Counted from the whole stretch's first letter, positions 11,334 to 21,625 are shown. The stretch is 63,209 nucleotides of DNA, filler included, from 8 parts of 8 records of this genome joined end to end with filler, not necessarily neighbours in it, one strand, 5' to 3'. Numbers and translations are program-made. The notes: generated by a model not told the origin, from the sequence alone.

Positions 11334-12515
11334 TTATTCGCCTTTGATCCGTTCGATGGATTCCCTGGCTTCCCGGATGAGTCCGGGTGTGTAGTCCAGG
11401 TATGTCATCTGTGTCAAAGGATCCAGACCCATTTCGTTGCCGGACTCTCCCAGGGCGAAGATAATCTGCTTCACCAGCGTCAGTTCCTCATTATTCAGAC
11501 CCAGCCCGGAAGCCTGCCGTTCGTTATAAAAGTCGATACGGGCCACCAGGTAGCCTACGGAAACATCGTCTCCGGCCAGACCGAGGGCCTGAAGGGCGAT
11601 CAGCTTTTCGTCCATATCTCCTTCATCAATCGCCTTGTTCAGCAGCCTGGCGGTATCGTCAACGGCGACACCGTAGGTCATCAGCGCGTTGATGGCATCC
11701 ACTCTCAGGTTCGCCAGCTGCCGAGACAAGGTATAATCGGATTCCGAGTATTTGAGACCTTCGGACAGAGCAGCGGCGGCGATACTGGACTTTTCCGCCG
11801 CCGGAGCATCGGTACGCAGGGCGACATCCAGAGCCGCTCTTTTGTCCCTGTAATCGGCGGCCGTCAGCAGGATGTTCTGCAGAGCCGGTACGGGATTCTC
11901 ACCCAATGTCAGGAGAGCCTCGTCGGCCAGTGTGGTTACCCGGTCGTCGTACCATCCGATGGAGGCGTAGAACAGAGGTTCCAGGCCAACTTCATCTTTC
12001 AGTTTGTCGAGTGCGACAACCGCCCCGTAGGCTTCGATAGCCGCGGCATCCGTGTCGGACCTAGTATTGAAATTGAGGTTCCTCAGCATTGTGGCGATGG
12101 GTTCGGCATATTCCACCGCCCGCATCTGTCCGAGGGCGACCAGTGCTTCCGCCTTGAGCTGAGGCACTTCCGCGGTTCGGGCTACGTCCCAGACAGTTTC
12201 CGCCCCGGTCTGCCCTTTTATTTCACCGAGTTCCTTCACAATCGCACGTGTCAGAACTTCCCAGTTGTCATAGGTTACTTTTGATTCACGGTACTGGGAC
12301 AGCTCCCCGTACACGAGTTCGTCCAGAGATTCGACAAAAAAAGGTTCCAGCGTCCGGTCGTCCAGCGGCGTGATGTTCTGGAGAATGTCGTATTTCTGTT
12401 TGATGTCCGGCAATCGGCGGTAGAGCCTGGACCAGGACTGACCGCTCTGTTGGGCACCGGCGCCAACGGCGACGAATCCGGCAAGTACAAGGACTGCTAT
12501 TGCTGTTCTGTTCAT
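11334..12515 (-). CDS. Exported HEAT-repeat protein
   Basis: N-terminal signal peptide (AVGAGA/QQ); repeated helix pairs such as KAEALVALGQM, KLIALQALGLAG and QIIFALGESG. Confidence 0.75.
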   Translation of the reverse strand: MNRTAIAVLVLAGFVAVGAGAQQSGQSWSRLYRRLPDIKQKYDILQNITPLDDRTLEPFFVESLDELVYGELSQYRESKVTYDNWEVLTRAIVKELGEIKGQTGAETVWDVARTAEVPQLKAEALVALGQMRAVEYAEPIATMLRNLNFNTRSDTDAAAIEAYGAVVALDKLKDEVGLEPLFYASIGWYDDRVTTLADEALLTLGENPVPALQNILLTAADYRDKRAALDVALRTDAPAAEKSSIAAAALSEGLKYSESDYTLSRQLANLRVDAINALMTYGVAVDDTARLLNKAIDEGDMDEKLIALQALGLAGDDVSVGYLVARIDFYNERQASGLGLNNEELTLVKQIIFALGESGNEMGLDPLTQMTYLDYTPGLIREARESIERIKGE

Positions 12516-12518
12516 CGC

Positions 12519-13370
12519 CTACTCCTTTCCCTCAACGAGGACCCATCGCCGTTCGAGAATCTCGTAGGCTCTGCCGCCCCGGTTATAGGTTGTCTCCCGA
12601 ATGATATTGCCGTCCTTATCGTATTCGTATCCGACGCTTTTTGTGAGCGAAGTGCCGGCATATTGCTCTTCTCTGATCAGCATGCCGCCTTCGTACTCGA
12701 AGCTCCGGCCGGTTTCGACAGTACCATCGGGGAGTACGGTCCGTTCTTCCACGACACGGCCGGATTCCAACATCCGTTCAAACCGTGCCTCTTCGCTGCC
12801 TCCGGGGAGAACGTACGAGACTGCAGAAACAGTATCCCCCTCGTATTCGTACAGAGCCGAAAGATGAGGCGTGCCGCTGCCGTCGGCTGCAACGGACTTC
12901 GTAATCAGGCCGTTCTGATATTCGAAGGTGACCATGGACAAATTGTTTCCTTCGGAATCCTGCTTGGTTTCTCTGACAACCAGTCCGTCGTCATTGTTTT
13001 CATAGATTGTTGTGGAGATCAGGCTGTAACGGTCGAATATCTCCAGACTGACCGGAATTCCGTTTTCGTAGTTGTATTCTCTTCTATACAGAAGCTCTTC
13101 CCTGGAGTCCAGAACCGTCATCACCGATATATTCCCGGATTCGCTGTACTGGTACTCGATAATCCTGTCGATGGTTCCGTCAGGAGATTTGACTGTCTCT
13201 TCCGCTACTTTCCAGACAGCGACTGGTTCCTGATTCTCTGCTTCTACGGATGGGGTTTCTGCTGCTGCAGGAGCAGCCGGAGCCTCCTGGTCCGCCATCG
13301 GCGAACCGGCACAGGACGCCATGGCCAGAATAACAATTCCAGCCAATAATACGAGAATTCTCGATTTCAT
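12519..13370 (-). CDS. Lipoprotein with YD/RHS-like beta repeats
   Basis: Lipobox LAMAS-C; repeats EYQYSESGN, EYNYENG, FEYQNG, YEYEGD and YEYDKDGNIIRE; GAGGA RBS. Confidence 0.72.
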   Translation of the reverse strand: MKSRILVLLAGIVILAMASCAGSPMADQEAPAAPAAAETPSVEAENQEPVAVWKVAEETVKSPDGTIDRIIEYQYSESGNISVMTVLDSREELLYRREYNYENGIPVSLEIFDRYSLISTTIYENNDDGLVVRETKQDSEGNNLSMVTFEYQNGLITKSVAADGSGTPHLSALYEYEGDTVSAVSYVLPGGSEEARFERMLESGRVVEERTVLPDGTVETGRSFEYEGGMLIREEQYAGTSLTKSVGYEYDKDGNIIRETTYNRGGRAYEILERRWVLVEGKE

Positions 13371-13435
13371 GCGTTATCCTCTCGATACATGTAGTCTCAA
13401 GAAAACTAATGATCGAAGAGGGCTTTTGTCAAAGG

Positions 13436-14676
13436 TCAGGGGATACTTTCTAGTTCTTCCACCGCTTCGGCATCGTCCAGTTCTTCCACGTCTTCAACCG
13501 GCTCGATCTCTTCAGCTTCTTCGAGATCGTCAGCGTCTCCCGTTTCACCTGAGGCCTCGTGCTCCGGTCCGTCAGAGTGCCCGTTGACGGTGCTGTCGCC
13601 CTCTTGCTCCGCATTCACTCCGGAGATGATGCTGAGGGTTTCCGGATCGCTTACCAAGTCTCCGTTGGCCCTTTTCCTGTCGATATCAAACACGTAGGAT
13701 AGAATCGCCATGCGGGTGGTTTCTGAGACCGGAAGGAACTCGACGTGAAGAGTGGATTCGTCTTCCTGGGATTTATAGACCACACGTTTCACTGCCCCTG
13801 AGACGACGATGATTTCATCCCGGATCTTGAACTGCAGCTTGAACGCCTGGTTCTTTCTGCCCCGTCCGCCGATGCGTAATGCGGCACCATCTTCGGAGAT
13901 ATCCACAATGAGGCAGCTCAGCCCTGGAGTGGACTCCATCCATTGAGTCGCATCATCAAGGTTTTTCAGGGGTAAAGCCTTGCTGTAATCGAGGCCGGTG
14001 CCCGTACCGATTTTCTTTTCTGGCTCCTAAGTATGTTGTCACTGTGCAGAACCCGGAAGTGCAGGTTCTTTCTGTCGTAGAAACGTTCGATCAGACGGGT
14101 CTGGAAGAAATAGCCGGCGTCGTCTTTCCTCCAGAAATACACATTCAACCGTCCCTGCCGCCAGCTGAACCCTCCCGGCAGCGGATCGCCCACAGGGATG
14201 GTGATGGTCAGGTAGCCCTGTTCGTTTTCGACTACCCGGGAAGTGTAGACACCGATACCGTCAGCTCGGATGGTCAGACGCTGACCGATCGCGATGTTCC
14301 GTGTGCTTTTCAGCCCGGACCTGTATTTCGGTCGGCTCATCTCTACTTTTTTTCTGTAGTCGAAGAGTTTCTTGAGGATGAATGTTTCTGGATCGCCGCC
14401 CTTTCGTTCGGCGAATTTCTTGGTTCCGGCTATCTGGTTGATCGCTTTGTCGAGTTCCTCGACGGAACCGTAGATGGCAGGCGGACTGGCCAGGTCGGCC
14501 CGGCGCGCGGCATTCCATAGCAGATTGATTTCCGACAGAGAAAAACCGGCATCCATTCCCTTTGAATAGAACTCAACCCGTCCTTGCTTCCGGATTTCCG
14601 GAACCTTGAAGCTGCCGGGCTTCACCATAATTATGACCAGGACCGCCACCAGGACGATCAATAATATTATCCACAT
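13436..14676 (-). CDS. Membrane-anchored YcgR/PilZ c-di-GMP-binding protein, frameshifted at 13969-13972
   Basis: RxxxR (KRKSVR) lies in the upstream ORF and DxSxxG (DISEDG) in the downstream ORF; adding one C to the C4 run joins them (LYP-LKNLDDATQWMESTPG). Confidence 0.78.
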
Positions 14677-14716
14677 ACGCCTTTCTATTATCGGAACGCC
14701 GCCGTAAAATCTTTCC

Positions 14717-15313
14717 ATGGACCGGCGCCGATATACTCATTCTACTACAGTTCTGGCGCTTGTCCTGCTTTACTTCCCGATGCTGCCGGCAGCGGCTCGC
14801 AGAATGTCGGATATGAACGGTTTTGTCATTTTCCCGGCGGTGATCATTCTCATTCTGCTGTCATCAGGTTTCTCCCCGGAGAGCAGAACCACTCTGGGAT
14901 TGATCCCTCCCGCCGGCAGGGATTGGCTGTTTCTTCTTTTCCTGCCGTCGGTATCGGTCTCCATCGGTCTCCTGGTACCTTCTGCCGGAACGCCTCTCGC
15001 ACCGGAGGGCATTCCGGCGTATCTGTCGCTGGCGTTCACCGCTGTCGCGGCGGCTTTCGCGGAAGAACTGTTTTTCCGATCCTGGCTGATCGGCCGATAC
15101 ACGGATTTGGTCGGCAGGATGGCGATTGTCCTCGTATCATCCGCTCTGTTCGCTGCAGGACATCTGTATCAGGGAGTACCTGTCGCCCTCTTCGCCTTTG
15201 TCATGGGGACACTGTATGCCGTTGTGTTCCTGCACCGCGGGAACTACTGGATCATCGCTGCCGCTCACAGCGTGCACAATCTTCTGGCAATACCCCTGCC
15301 GGATATTCGATAA
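14717..15313 (+). CDS. CPBP/CAAX-family intramembrane metalloprotease
   Basis: EELFFR, FAAGH and AHSVHN motifs; hydrophobic. Confidence 0.88.
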   Translation: MDRRRYTHSTTVLALVLLYFPMLPAAARRMSDMNGFVIFPAVIILILLSSGFSPESRTTLGLIPPAGRDWLFLLFLPSVSVSIGLLVPSAGTPLAPEGIPAYLSLAFTAVAAAFAEELFFRSWLIGRYTDLVGRMAIVLVSSALFAAGHLYQGVPVALFAFVMGTLYAVVFLHRGNYWIIAAAHSVHNLLAIPLPDIR

Positions 15314-15320
15314 TGCCGGT

Positions 15321-15528
15321 ATGAAATACAGATTTCTGCTGATACTGTTTCTTCCCCTCTTGACGATTTCCTGCAAGTCCGGTAGCGCTCCGGACAACGA
15401 TACCCTGGAGGCTCTCGGGTTCAATGTGATCACTACCGATATCGAGACACCTGTGGTGTCGTTTTTCGATGAAACCGGCAGCAGTCGGAGTCTCGATGAA
15501 TTCAAAGGTTCGGTCGTCCTGTTGAATT
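15321..15528 (+). CDS. TlpA/ResA-like thioredoxin lipoprotein (truncated before CxxC)
   Basis: Lipobox LTIS-C; SLDEFKGSVVLLN is the typical stretch before FWATWCxxC. Confidence 0.7.
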
Positions 15529-15628
15529 NNNNNNNNNNNNNNNNNNNNNNNNNNNNNNNNNNNNNNNNNNNNTTAATTAATTAANNNNNNNNNNNNNNNN
15601 NNNNNNNNNNNNNNNNNNNNNNNNNNNN

Positions 15629-16049
15629 CCCCGGATAATTTTCTTAATGGCCTGTGTGCCAGATGTGCCGCTCCCACATGCTCAAGGGCTTTTAATGCTT
15701 TTGCCTTGTTTTTTTTATTTTGCTGCCATGGCCACTGGCTGTTCAATCCGGTAAGCACCAGTTCGATGGCCATCGCCGGAAATGTCCGATCCATTGTTTT
15801 CATTTGCGGCACATAGCCAATCCATTGTGCCGGTATTTTATTTGGATTTTTATCGAAAAGAGTCACTTTGCCTTTACAGGGTGTTAAAAGCCCCAGGAGA
15901 ACTTTGAAAAAAGTGGATTTACCAGCGCCATTCGGTCCAACAACAGCTACATATGCCCCCTTTTTTATGTCGAATGTGAGTTCTTCCAGGGCCAGGTTGT
16001 CACCAAATTTGACACAAAGATTTTCAACGTGAATGGCATGGCCACTCAT
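15629..16049 (-). CDS. znuC: Zn/Mn ABC transporter ATP-binding subunit (3' truncated)
   Basis: Walker A GPNGAGKST, IGYVPQ, LSG signature at the contig edge; overlaps the znuA stop (ATGA). Confidence 0.85.
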
Positions 16050-16906
16050 TGAAGAGCCTCCAGAATTTTATGGGTATTAAACAACAAAATCTCATCATAG
16101 GTTTGTCTGTTGACTTTGCCTCCGATTGGATCCAGTTCATAAATTTGAATACCAGTCGATTCTGAAATGACAAGGGCGGGACGATCCGAATGTTGATGAT
16201 GCGTTAAAATGGCTTTTGCCTTCGCTTTACGCATGTTTTTAATAATTTGTAAAATTTCTTTGGTTGTGGGTTCTGTACCTGGTACAGATTCAATAACGCC
16301 CACCAGATTGAAATTAAATTGTTTTAAATAATATTGTAAAAACGGGTGAGAAAGTAGCACACTTTTATTTTCCAGGGGTGCCAGTAATTCGTTGATCTTG
16401 TCATTTAAACTATCAAGATGAGCTGCGAACAGGAGTGCATTTTTCTTATAGTGTTCGCTGCCATCAGGGTCCAGGCCACAGAGTGTGTCAGTCAATGCTG
16501 GTAACATGGCTTTGACAGTAAGAGGATCTGTCCAAAAATGCGGATCTGTCCCCAATGTTTTTCCTTCATTTTTGCCATAATAATATTTAATATCCAGCTT
16601 TTTTTCCTCAGGCACAAGACTCATTAATTCAATCTTGTTTCGTTTGTAAAAAACAAGAGCCCATTTATCCAGATCCGGAGAGCCGTAGAACAAGGCTTTT
16701 GCTTTAGCCACTCTTTTAACATCAGAGGGAATAAGTTCGTACGTATGCGGAGAGGCACCTGGTGGTAAAATACTAAAAACCGTGCCCTGATCACCAACAA
16801 CAGCCTGCAGGATCTCCTCAAAGGGTTTAATCGTTGTCGCGTATCTGGGTTTGCCCCAAACCATAGAAGTGAATATTAAAAGTAAAAAAATAACATTTTT
16901 TTTCAT
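16046..16906 (-). CDS. znuA: Zn/Mn ABC transporter substrate-binding protein
   Basis: SPHTYE, DPHFW and H-P metal-ligand motifs; signal peptide. Confidence 0.88.
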   Translation of the reverse strand: MKKNVIFLLLIFTSMVWGKPRYATTIKPFEEILQAVVGDQGTVFSILPPGASPHTYELIPSDVKRVAKAKALFYGSPDLDKWALVFYKRNKIELMSLVPEEKKLDIKYYYGKNEGKTLGTDPHFWTDPLTVKAMLPALTDTLCGLDPDGSEHYKKNALLFAAHLDSLNDKINELLAPLENKSVLLSHPFLQYYLKQFNFNLVGVIESVPGTEPTTKEILQIIKNMRKAKAKAILTHHQHSDRPALVISESTGIQIYELDPIGGKVNRQTYDEILLFNTHKILEALQ

Positions 16907-17122
16907 GTAGAATACCTGTTAACGATACAATGTTAATTTATTTTTTATAATTTACATAATTTTCTTAAATAATGTACATATTTTTTCAATTTTAACCTCT
17001 GAATTTACAACGGGTATGAATTAAAAGATCGTCAAAAAACGGTGTAAAAAGAAATATCCATTTAACGTATAAAAAATAACAAATCCTGTAACTGCCCACT
17101 ATAGACCGAGTTGGAAGGTGAA

Positions 17123-19324
17123 CTATTTAACCGTAATCCTGGCTTTTCCCTCGTCAATAACATGCCCTATAACAGTAGCGTGCTGTACCCCTTTTTCAAA
17201 CATTAAAGATAATAATTTTTCTGTTTTTTTCTTAGGCAGCGAGATAAGCAATCCACCGGATGTTTGCGCGTCATTTAAAAGTAATCGGTTTATATTGGAT
17301 ATGGAATCACTGTAATCCACAAAAGGTGATGTATAACTTTGATTGTCTTCAGTGCCTCCGGGAATCACACCGGAAATGGCCAGCTCTTTGACACCCGGCA
17401 TAAATGAGACATTTTCAGGATTAACGACACCAGATGTTCCTGATCCCCGCATCATTTCCAGCAGATGCCCCATTAATCCAAAGCCGGTGACATCTGTACA
17501 GGCATTCACACCAATAGTTTGCATCACTTCAGCCGCTATTTTATTCAATGTGGCCATGGTTTTTGTCAGCACGTTTTGCTGTTGTTGGTCCAGCAGGCCT
17601 CTTTTAAGCGCAGTGGACAGAATACCGGTCCCCAATGGTTTGGTCAGTACCAGATCGTCTCCGGGTTTGGCATTACGATTGGTGATGATCTTCTGTGGAT
17701 GTATTATACCTGTAACAGCCAAACCGAATTTAGGCTCTGTATCATCCACGGTGTGCCCGCCAATAATGGAGATACCCGCTTCTTTCACCTTGTCCTGAGC
17801 GCCTTTAAGGATTTCTTCCAAAACACTCATTGGCAGTCTGTTACTGGGAAATCCGACAATATTGAGCGCAAAAAGCGGTTTCCCACCCATGGCGTAAATG
17901 TCGCTGAGAGAGTTGGTTGCGGCGATAGCTCCAAATTGGTATGGATCGTCCACAATAGGAGTAAAAAAATCGACTGTCTGCACGATGGCGGTTTGGTCAT
18001 CGATGCGATAAATAGCCGCATCATCCGACGTATCGGTTCCGACCAGGATGTTTTTATCCGTTGGAATCGGAACTTTTTTCAAAACTTCCTCCAGCAGCTG
18101 CGGCCGCAGTTTGCAGGCGCATCCCAATCCGTGAGTGTATTGGGTGAGTTTAATATCCTTTGAATCTGTTTGCGCAAAAGTCGTGGATTCTTTTGGCAAC
18201 AGTCGTTCAACAACATTCGTTACTTCCTCAATAGCCTGATCCACCTCGGATATCGTGGTAAACCGTCCCACAGAGAATCGAATAGTCCCCATGGCATATT
18301 CCAGAGGCACCTGCATGGCTTCCAGTACACTGGAAACATCCACGTGATCGCTGTGACAGGCAGCCCCGGCAGACGCAGCCACGTTTTTAAGCTCTGACAG
18401 GATTGTATTGGCTTCCAAGCCCTTAAAACTGATACTGCAGGTATTGGGAAGCCTCTTTTCAGGATGCCCGTTCAATCGTGCACCGGGAAAATTTTTCAAA
18501 ATTCCTTCTTCCAACCGGTCTCGTGTTTTAAGCATATGGGCTTGATAGTCTGGCAGTTTTTGTGAAACCTGTTCACATGCCTTACCTAATCCAGCTATTT
18601 CAATCACATTTTCCGTGCCGGCCCGCCAATCCAGTTCATGATTGGCACCATGGATTTGTTTTTCCAATTTGATGCCTGTGCGGATATACAAAGCACCAAT
18701 CCCTTTTGGCGCATAGAGCTTGTGCCCGGCGATAGAGAGTAAATCCACATTTAAATTTTTTATTTGAGCTGGAATTTTTCCAACAGACTGGGCGCAATCC
18801 GTGTGCATAAAAATGTTATGGCGGTGCGCAATATCCGCGATGTCGGCAATGGGTAAAATCGTACCCACCTCATTGTTGGCGTGCATAATGGAAATTAATG
18901 TGGTTGCTGGAGTGATAGCATCCTCCACCTGTTGCGGATCTAAAAGACCATGTTCATCAACAGGCAGATACGTTACGCTAAAACCTTTGGTTTCCAGAAA
19001 CTGACACACATTGGTCACAGCCGGATGTTCTATAGCGGAAGTGATAATATGATTGCCTTTGTCCCGATAAGCATAGGCAACGCCTTTTATGGCGTAATTG
19101 TTGGCTTCTGAGCCGCCGCTGGTAAAAATAATTTCATCCAGCTGACAGCCGAGCATGTTTGCCACTTGCTGGCGCGCTGTTTCAACCGCCTTTTTCGCTG
19201 TGATGCCAAAAATATGACTGCTGGATGGATTGCCAAAATGAGTGTTGATAAACGGCAGCATGGCTTCTGCCACAGCCGGATCAATAGGTGTGGTGGCATT
19301 ATAGTCCAGGTAAATGGGTTGCAT
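17123..19324 (-). CDS. selD: Fusion protein: NifS/IscS-like cysteine desulfurase or selenocysteine lyase (about aa 1-380) plus selenophosphate synthetase SelD (about aa 390-733)
   Basis: N-half: YLDYNATTP, FTSGGSEANN, AGHKLYAPKG, SAGAACHS. C-half: LTQYTHGLGCACK, DDAA, DFFTP, NSLSDIYAMGG, GGHT, TDVTGFGL, DAQTSGGLL. One uninterrupted 733-aa ORF with GGAGG RBS. Confidence 0.95.
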   Translation of the reverse strand: MQPIYLDYNATTPIDPAVAEAMLPFINTHFGNPSSSHIFGITAKKAVETARQQVANMLGCQLDEIIFTSGGSEANNYAIKGVAYAYRDKGNHIITSAIEHPAVTNVCQFLETKGFSVTYLPVDEHGLLDPQQVEDAITPATTLISIMHANNEVGTILPIADIADIAHRHNIFMHTDCAQSVGKIPAQIKNLNVDLLSIAGHKLYAPKGIGALYIRTGIKLEKQIHGANHELDWRAGTENVIEIAGLGKACEQVSQKLPDYQAHMLKTRDRLEEGILKNFPGARLNGHPEKRLPNTCSISFKGLEANTILSELKNVAASAGAACHSDHVDVSSVLEAMQVPLEYAMGTIRFSVGRFTTISEVDQAIEEVTNVVERLLPKESTTFAQTDSKDIKLTQYTHGLGCACKLRPQLLEEVLKKVPIPTDKNILVGTDTSDDAAIYRIDDQTAIVQTVDFFTPIVDDPYQFGAIAATNSLSDIYAMGGKPLFALNIVGFPSNRLPMSVLEEILKGAQDKVKEAGISIIGGHTVDDTEPKFGLAVTGIIHPQKIITNRNAKPGDDLVLTKPLGTGILSTALKRGLLDQQQQNVLTKTMATLNKIAAEVMQTIGVNACTDVTGFGLMGHLLEMMRGSGTSGVVNPENVSFMPGVKELAISGVIPGGTEDNQSYTSPFVDYSDSISNINRLLLNDAQTSGGLLISLPKKKTEKLLSLMFEKGVQHATVIGHVIDEGKARITVK

Positions 19325-19342
19325 TTTCCTCCCCTGATGAGT

Positions 19343-20389
19343 TTAAAATTGACTTTTTCTTATACGGCTTCCCATGCCCTGACCAACTTCACGATCTATG
19401 GATAAAATTCTGGCCTGCATACAGCCGTGACATTGTTTTGCTGTTTCCTGCAGACAGGCTTTGGACGGATATATCTCATAAAACACCCTGTATTCGGGCG
19501 GTGTAATGTTTGGCATGACCACATTGGCTCCGCGTGCCAATCCTAACTCACGTCCCTGGGCTGTGTTAAGGGTTGCCAGTGCCGTTGTGCTGGGAATGTT
19601 GGCTTCAGGACAGACAATTCTGGTCAGCGCCACTGCTTTATAGGTCATGGCTTCTGTATTGGGAACCTGTTCCTGTGCAGAAACAGGATTATTGTTTTCC
19701 TCCAGTGCCAGATCTGTGTTCGGGTGAGGAATATAGGGTCCCACACCGATCATATCCAGGTCCAGTTCGGCAAATTTTAAAAAATCTTTTGCCAGCGATT
19801 CATAGGTTTGTCCGGGAATTCCGAGCATGACGCCGCTGCCAATCTCATATCCCAAGGATCGGAGGTAATGTAAAATAGCAAAACGATCAGATTTTTCCCC
19901 GGAAACGGATGGATGGATTTTCTCAAAAAGTGCCACATCTGATGTCTCAAAACGTAAGAGATACCGATCCGCGCCTGCCTCACGCCATATCTTATAATCC
20001 TCAAAAGGGCGTTCGCCGACACTGAGCGTCACAGCCAGGGGTGTCTCGGATTTAATACGACGTATTACATCCGCAAGCCACTCTGTTTTAATACCCATGT
20101 CTTCACCGGACTGCATGACAACTGTGCCATAGCCGTAACTATCGGCCTCGTGGGCACATGTAACGATCTCATCCGCGGTCATGCGGTAGCGTGTTATATC
20201 CTTATTTGAGGCGTTAAGTCCGCAATAGCCACACTGACGACGGCAATAGTTGGAAAATTCAATCAAGCCCCTCAAGTGGACCTCGTCGCCCACATGCTGC
20301 TGACGAATATTATCTGCCATCTGCCAGAGCTCTTTTAATCGATTCTCATCCGTTTCTTTCAGCCAGTTTAATATATCGTTTTTATTCAT
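19343..20389 (-). CDS. hydE: [FeFe]-hydrogenase H-cluster maturase, radical SAM
   Basis: VHLRGLIEFSNYC-RRQCGYC, RYLLRFET, GANVVMPN, YEIYPSK, C-terminal CX7CX2C. Confidence 0.93.
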   Translation of the reverse strand: MNKNDILNWLKETDENRLKELWQMADNIRQQHVGDEVHLRGLIEFSNYCRRQCGYCGLNASNKDITRYRMTADEIVTCAHEADSYGYGTVVMQSGEDMGIKTEWLADVIRRIKSETPLAVTLSVGERPFEDYKIWREAGADRYLLRFETSDVALFEKIHPSVSGEKSDRFAILHYLRSLGYEIGSGVMLGIPGQTYESLAKDFLKFAELDLDMIGVGPYIPHPNTDLALEENNNPVSAQEQVPNTEAMTYKAVALTRIVCPEANIPSTTALATLNTAQGRELGLARGANVVMPNITPPEYRVFYEIYPSKACLQETAKQCHGCMQARILSIDREVGQGMGSRIRKSQF

Positions 20390-21624
20390 TAATTATTCAC
20401 TTCCGCTTCTAAATAGGTTTGTAATGCAGCAGGGAACGGTTGTAATGCCCGTTCAAATATACCCAGCGAATAAGCTATGGTCAAGCCATAGTTGGTAATA
20501 GGTACTCCCAGTTGCCGGCACTTTAGTATACGCGACAGCATAGCTCTCCGGTTCCACATACATGCACCGCAATGAACGATTAATTTATATTGTTCGATAT
20601 CCTCCGGAAAATCATGACCCTGAATATTGTCAAATTCAAGTTTGCCGCCAACGTATTGGGTCAACCAGCGGGGGATTTTAACCCGGCCAATGTCTTCGCC
20701 AATCGGGTGATGCGAGCAGGCTTCGGCAATGAGCACTTTATCGCCAGGCACCAGTTTGTCGATGGCCAGAGCGCCCCGAACCTGTTCCGTCAGATCACCC
20801 TGACGCCGGGCAAAGAGAATGGAAAAAGAGGTCATTAACACGTCCGGAGGTGTATCAGCTGCGACCTTTAGAAATGCCTGCGAATCGGTCACCACGATTT
20901 TTGGCGGTTCCTTTAATTTAGTCAGCGCATTCGCCAGTTCCCGCTCTTTAACGACCATGCAATAGGAGTCATGGTCAAGCAAGTCACGGATTGTGTTGAC
21001 CTGGGGCAGAATGAGACGTCCCTTGGGTGCTTCCTTGTCAATGGGCACCACCAGAACGGCTAGTTCGCCCGGCATAACCAGATCACCGATTATGTTGGGA
21101 TCATTTATAAAATCAGCTGGCGTGGAATCAAGTAGAGCCTGACGAAAATCTGTTATACCTTTACCTGAAACCGCTGCTGTTTTAACGAATGGTGTTTTTA
21201 ATTCCTTCAGTCTGCCTATGATGTGGTCACCCGGCTCGGATATATCGATTTTATTGAAAACCACAACGATTGGTATCTTTCGTGAAACAAACTCTTTGAG
21301 CAGATGTTCCTCAAAATCGCCCCACAAATCTGCTTCTGTCACCAGGACGCCCACGTCCGTGCGGTCAAAGACCTGTTTGGTTTTTTGCACCCGCTTTTCA
21401 CCCAGAGCACCCACATCATCGATGCCAGCCGTGTCGATAAACAGAACCGGTCCCAGGGGCAACAGTTCCATGGGCTTTTCTACCGGATCCGTTGTTGTAC
21501 CGGCATATTCAGACACAATAGAGACGTTCTGCCGTGTCATGGCGTTCAGTAAACTGGATTTGCCGACATTGCGACGGCCAAACAAGCCGATGTGCAGTCG
21601 TAATCCTTTTTGTGTTCTTTGCAT
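20389..21624 (-). CDS. hydF: [FeFe]-hydrogenase maturation GTPase
   Basis: GRRNVGKS, GTTTDPV, DTAG, NKID, APKGRLILPQ, CSHH...HCGAC cluster motif. Confidence 0.96.
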   Translation of the reverse strand: MQRTQKGLRLHIGLFGRRNVGKSSLLNAMTRQNVSIVSEYAGTTTDPVEKPMELLPLGPVLFIDTAGIDDVGALGEKRVQKTKQVFDRTDVGVLVTEADLWGDFEEHLLKEFVSRKIPIVVVFNKIDISEPGDHIIGRLKELKTPFVKTAAVSGKGITDFRQALLDSTPADFINDPNIIGDLVMPGELAVLVVPIDKEAPKGRLILPQVNTIRDLLDHDSYCMVVKERELANALTKLKEPPKIVVTDSQAFLKVAADTPPDVLMTSFSILFARRQGDLTEQVRGALAIDKLVPGDKVLIAEACSHHPIGEDIGRVKIPRWLTQYVGGKLEFDNIQGHDFPEDIEQYKLIVHCGACMWNRRAMLSRILKCRQLGVPITNYGLTIAYSLGIFERALQPFPAALQTYLEAEVNN

Positions 21625-21625
21625 C

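Noticed and set aside
11319-13349. Long plus-strand ORFs (321 aa and 299 aa) and similar antisense ORFs elsewhere
   Set aside because: Shadow frames opposite well-supported genes in GC-rich DNA, with no motifs or RBS.
12519-13370. RHS toxin
   Set aside because: Only 283 aa, with a lipobox and no PxxxxDPxG core, toxin tip or immunity gene.
13960-13975. TGA in the PilZ gene as recoding
   Set aside because: The continuation is in another frame; one missing C restores the protein.
15629-16906. znuAC as part of the hyd/selD system
   Set aside because: Separated by 216 nt of AT-rich DNA that probably holds its own promoter; an ordinary metal ABC transporter.
18105-18130. Possible selenocysteine in the SelD active site
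   Set aside because: Codons read GGA TGC GCC TGC AAA (G-C-A-C-K); there is no in-frame TGA.
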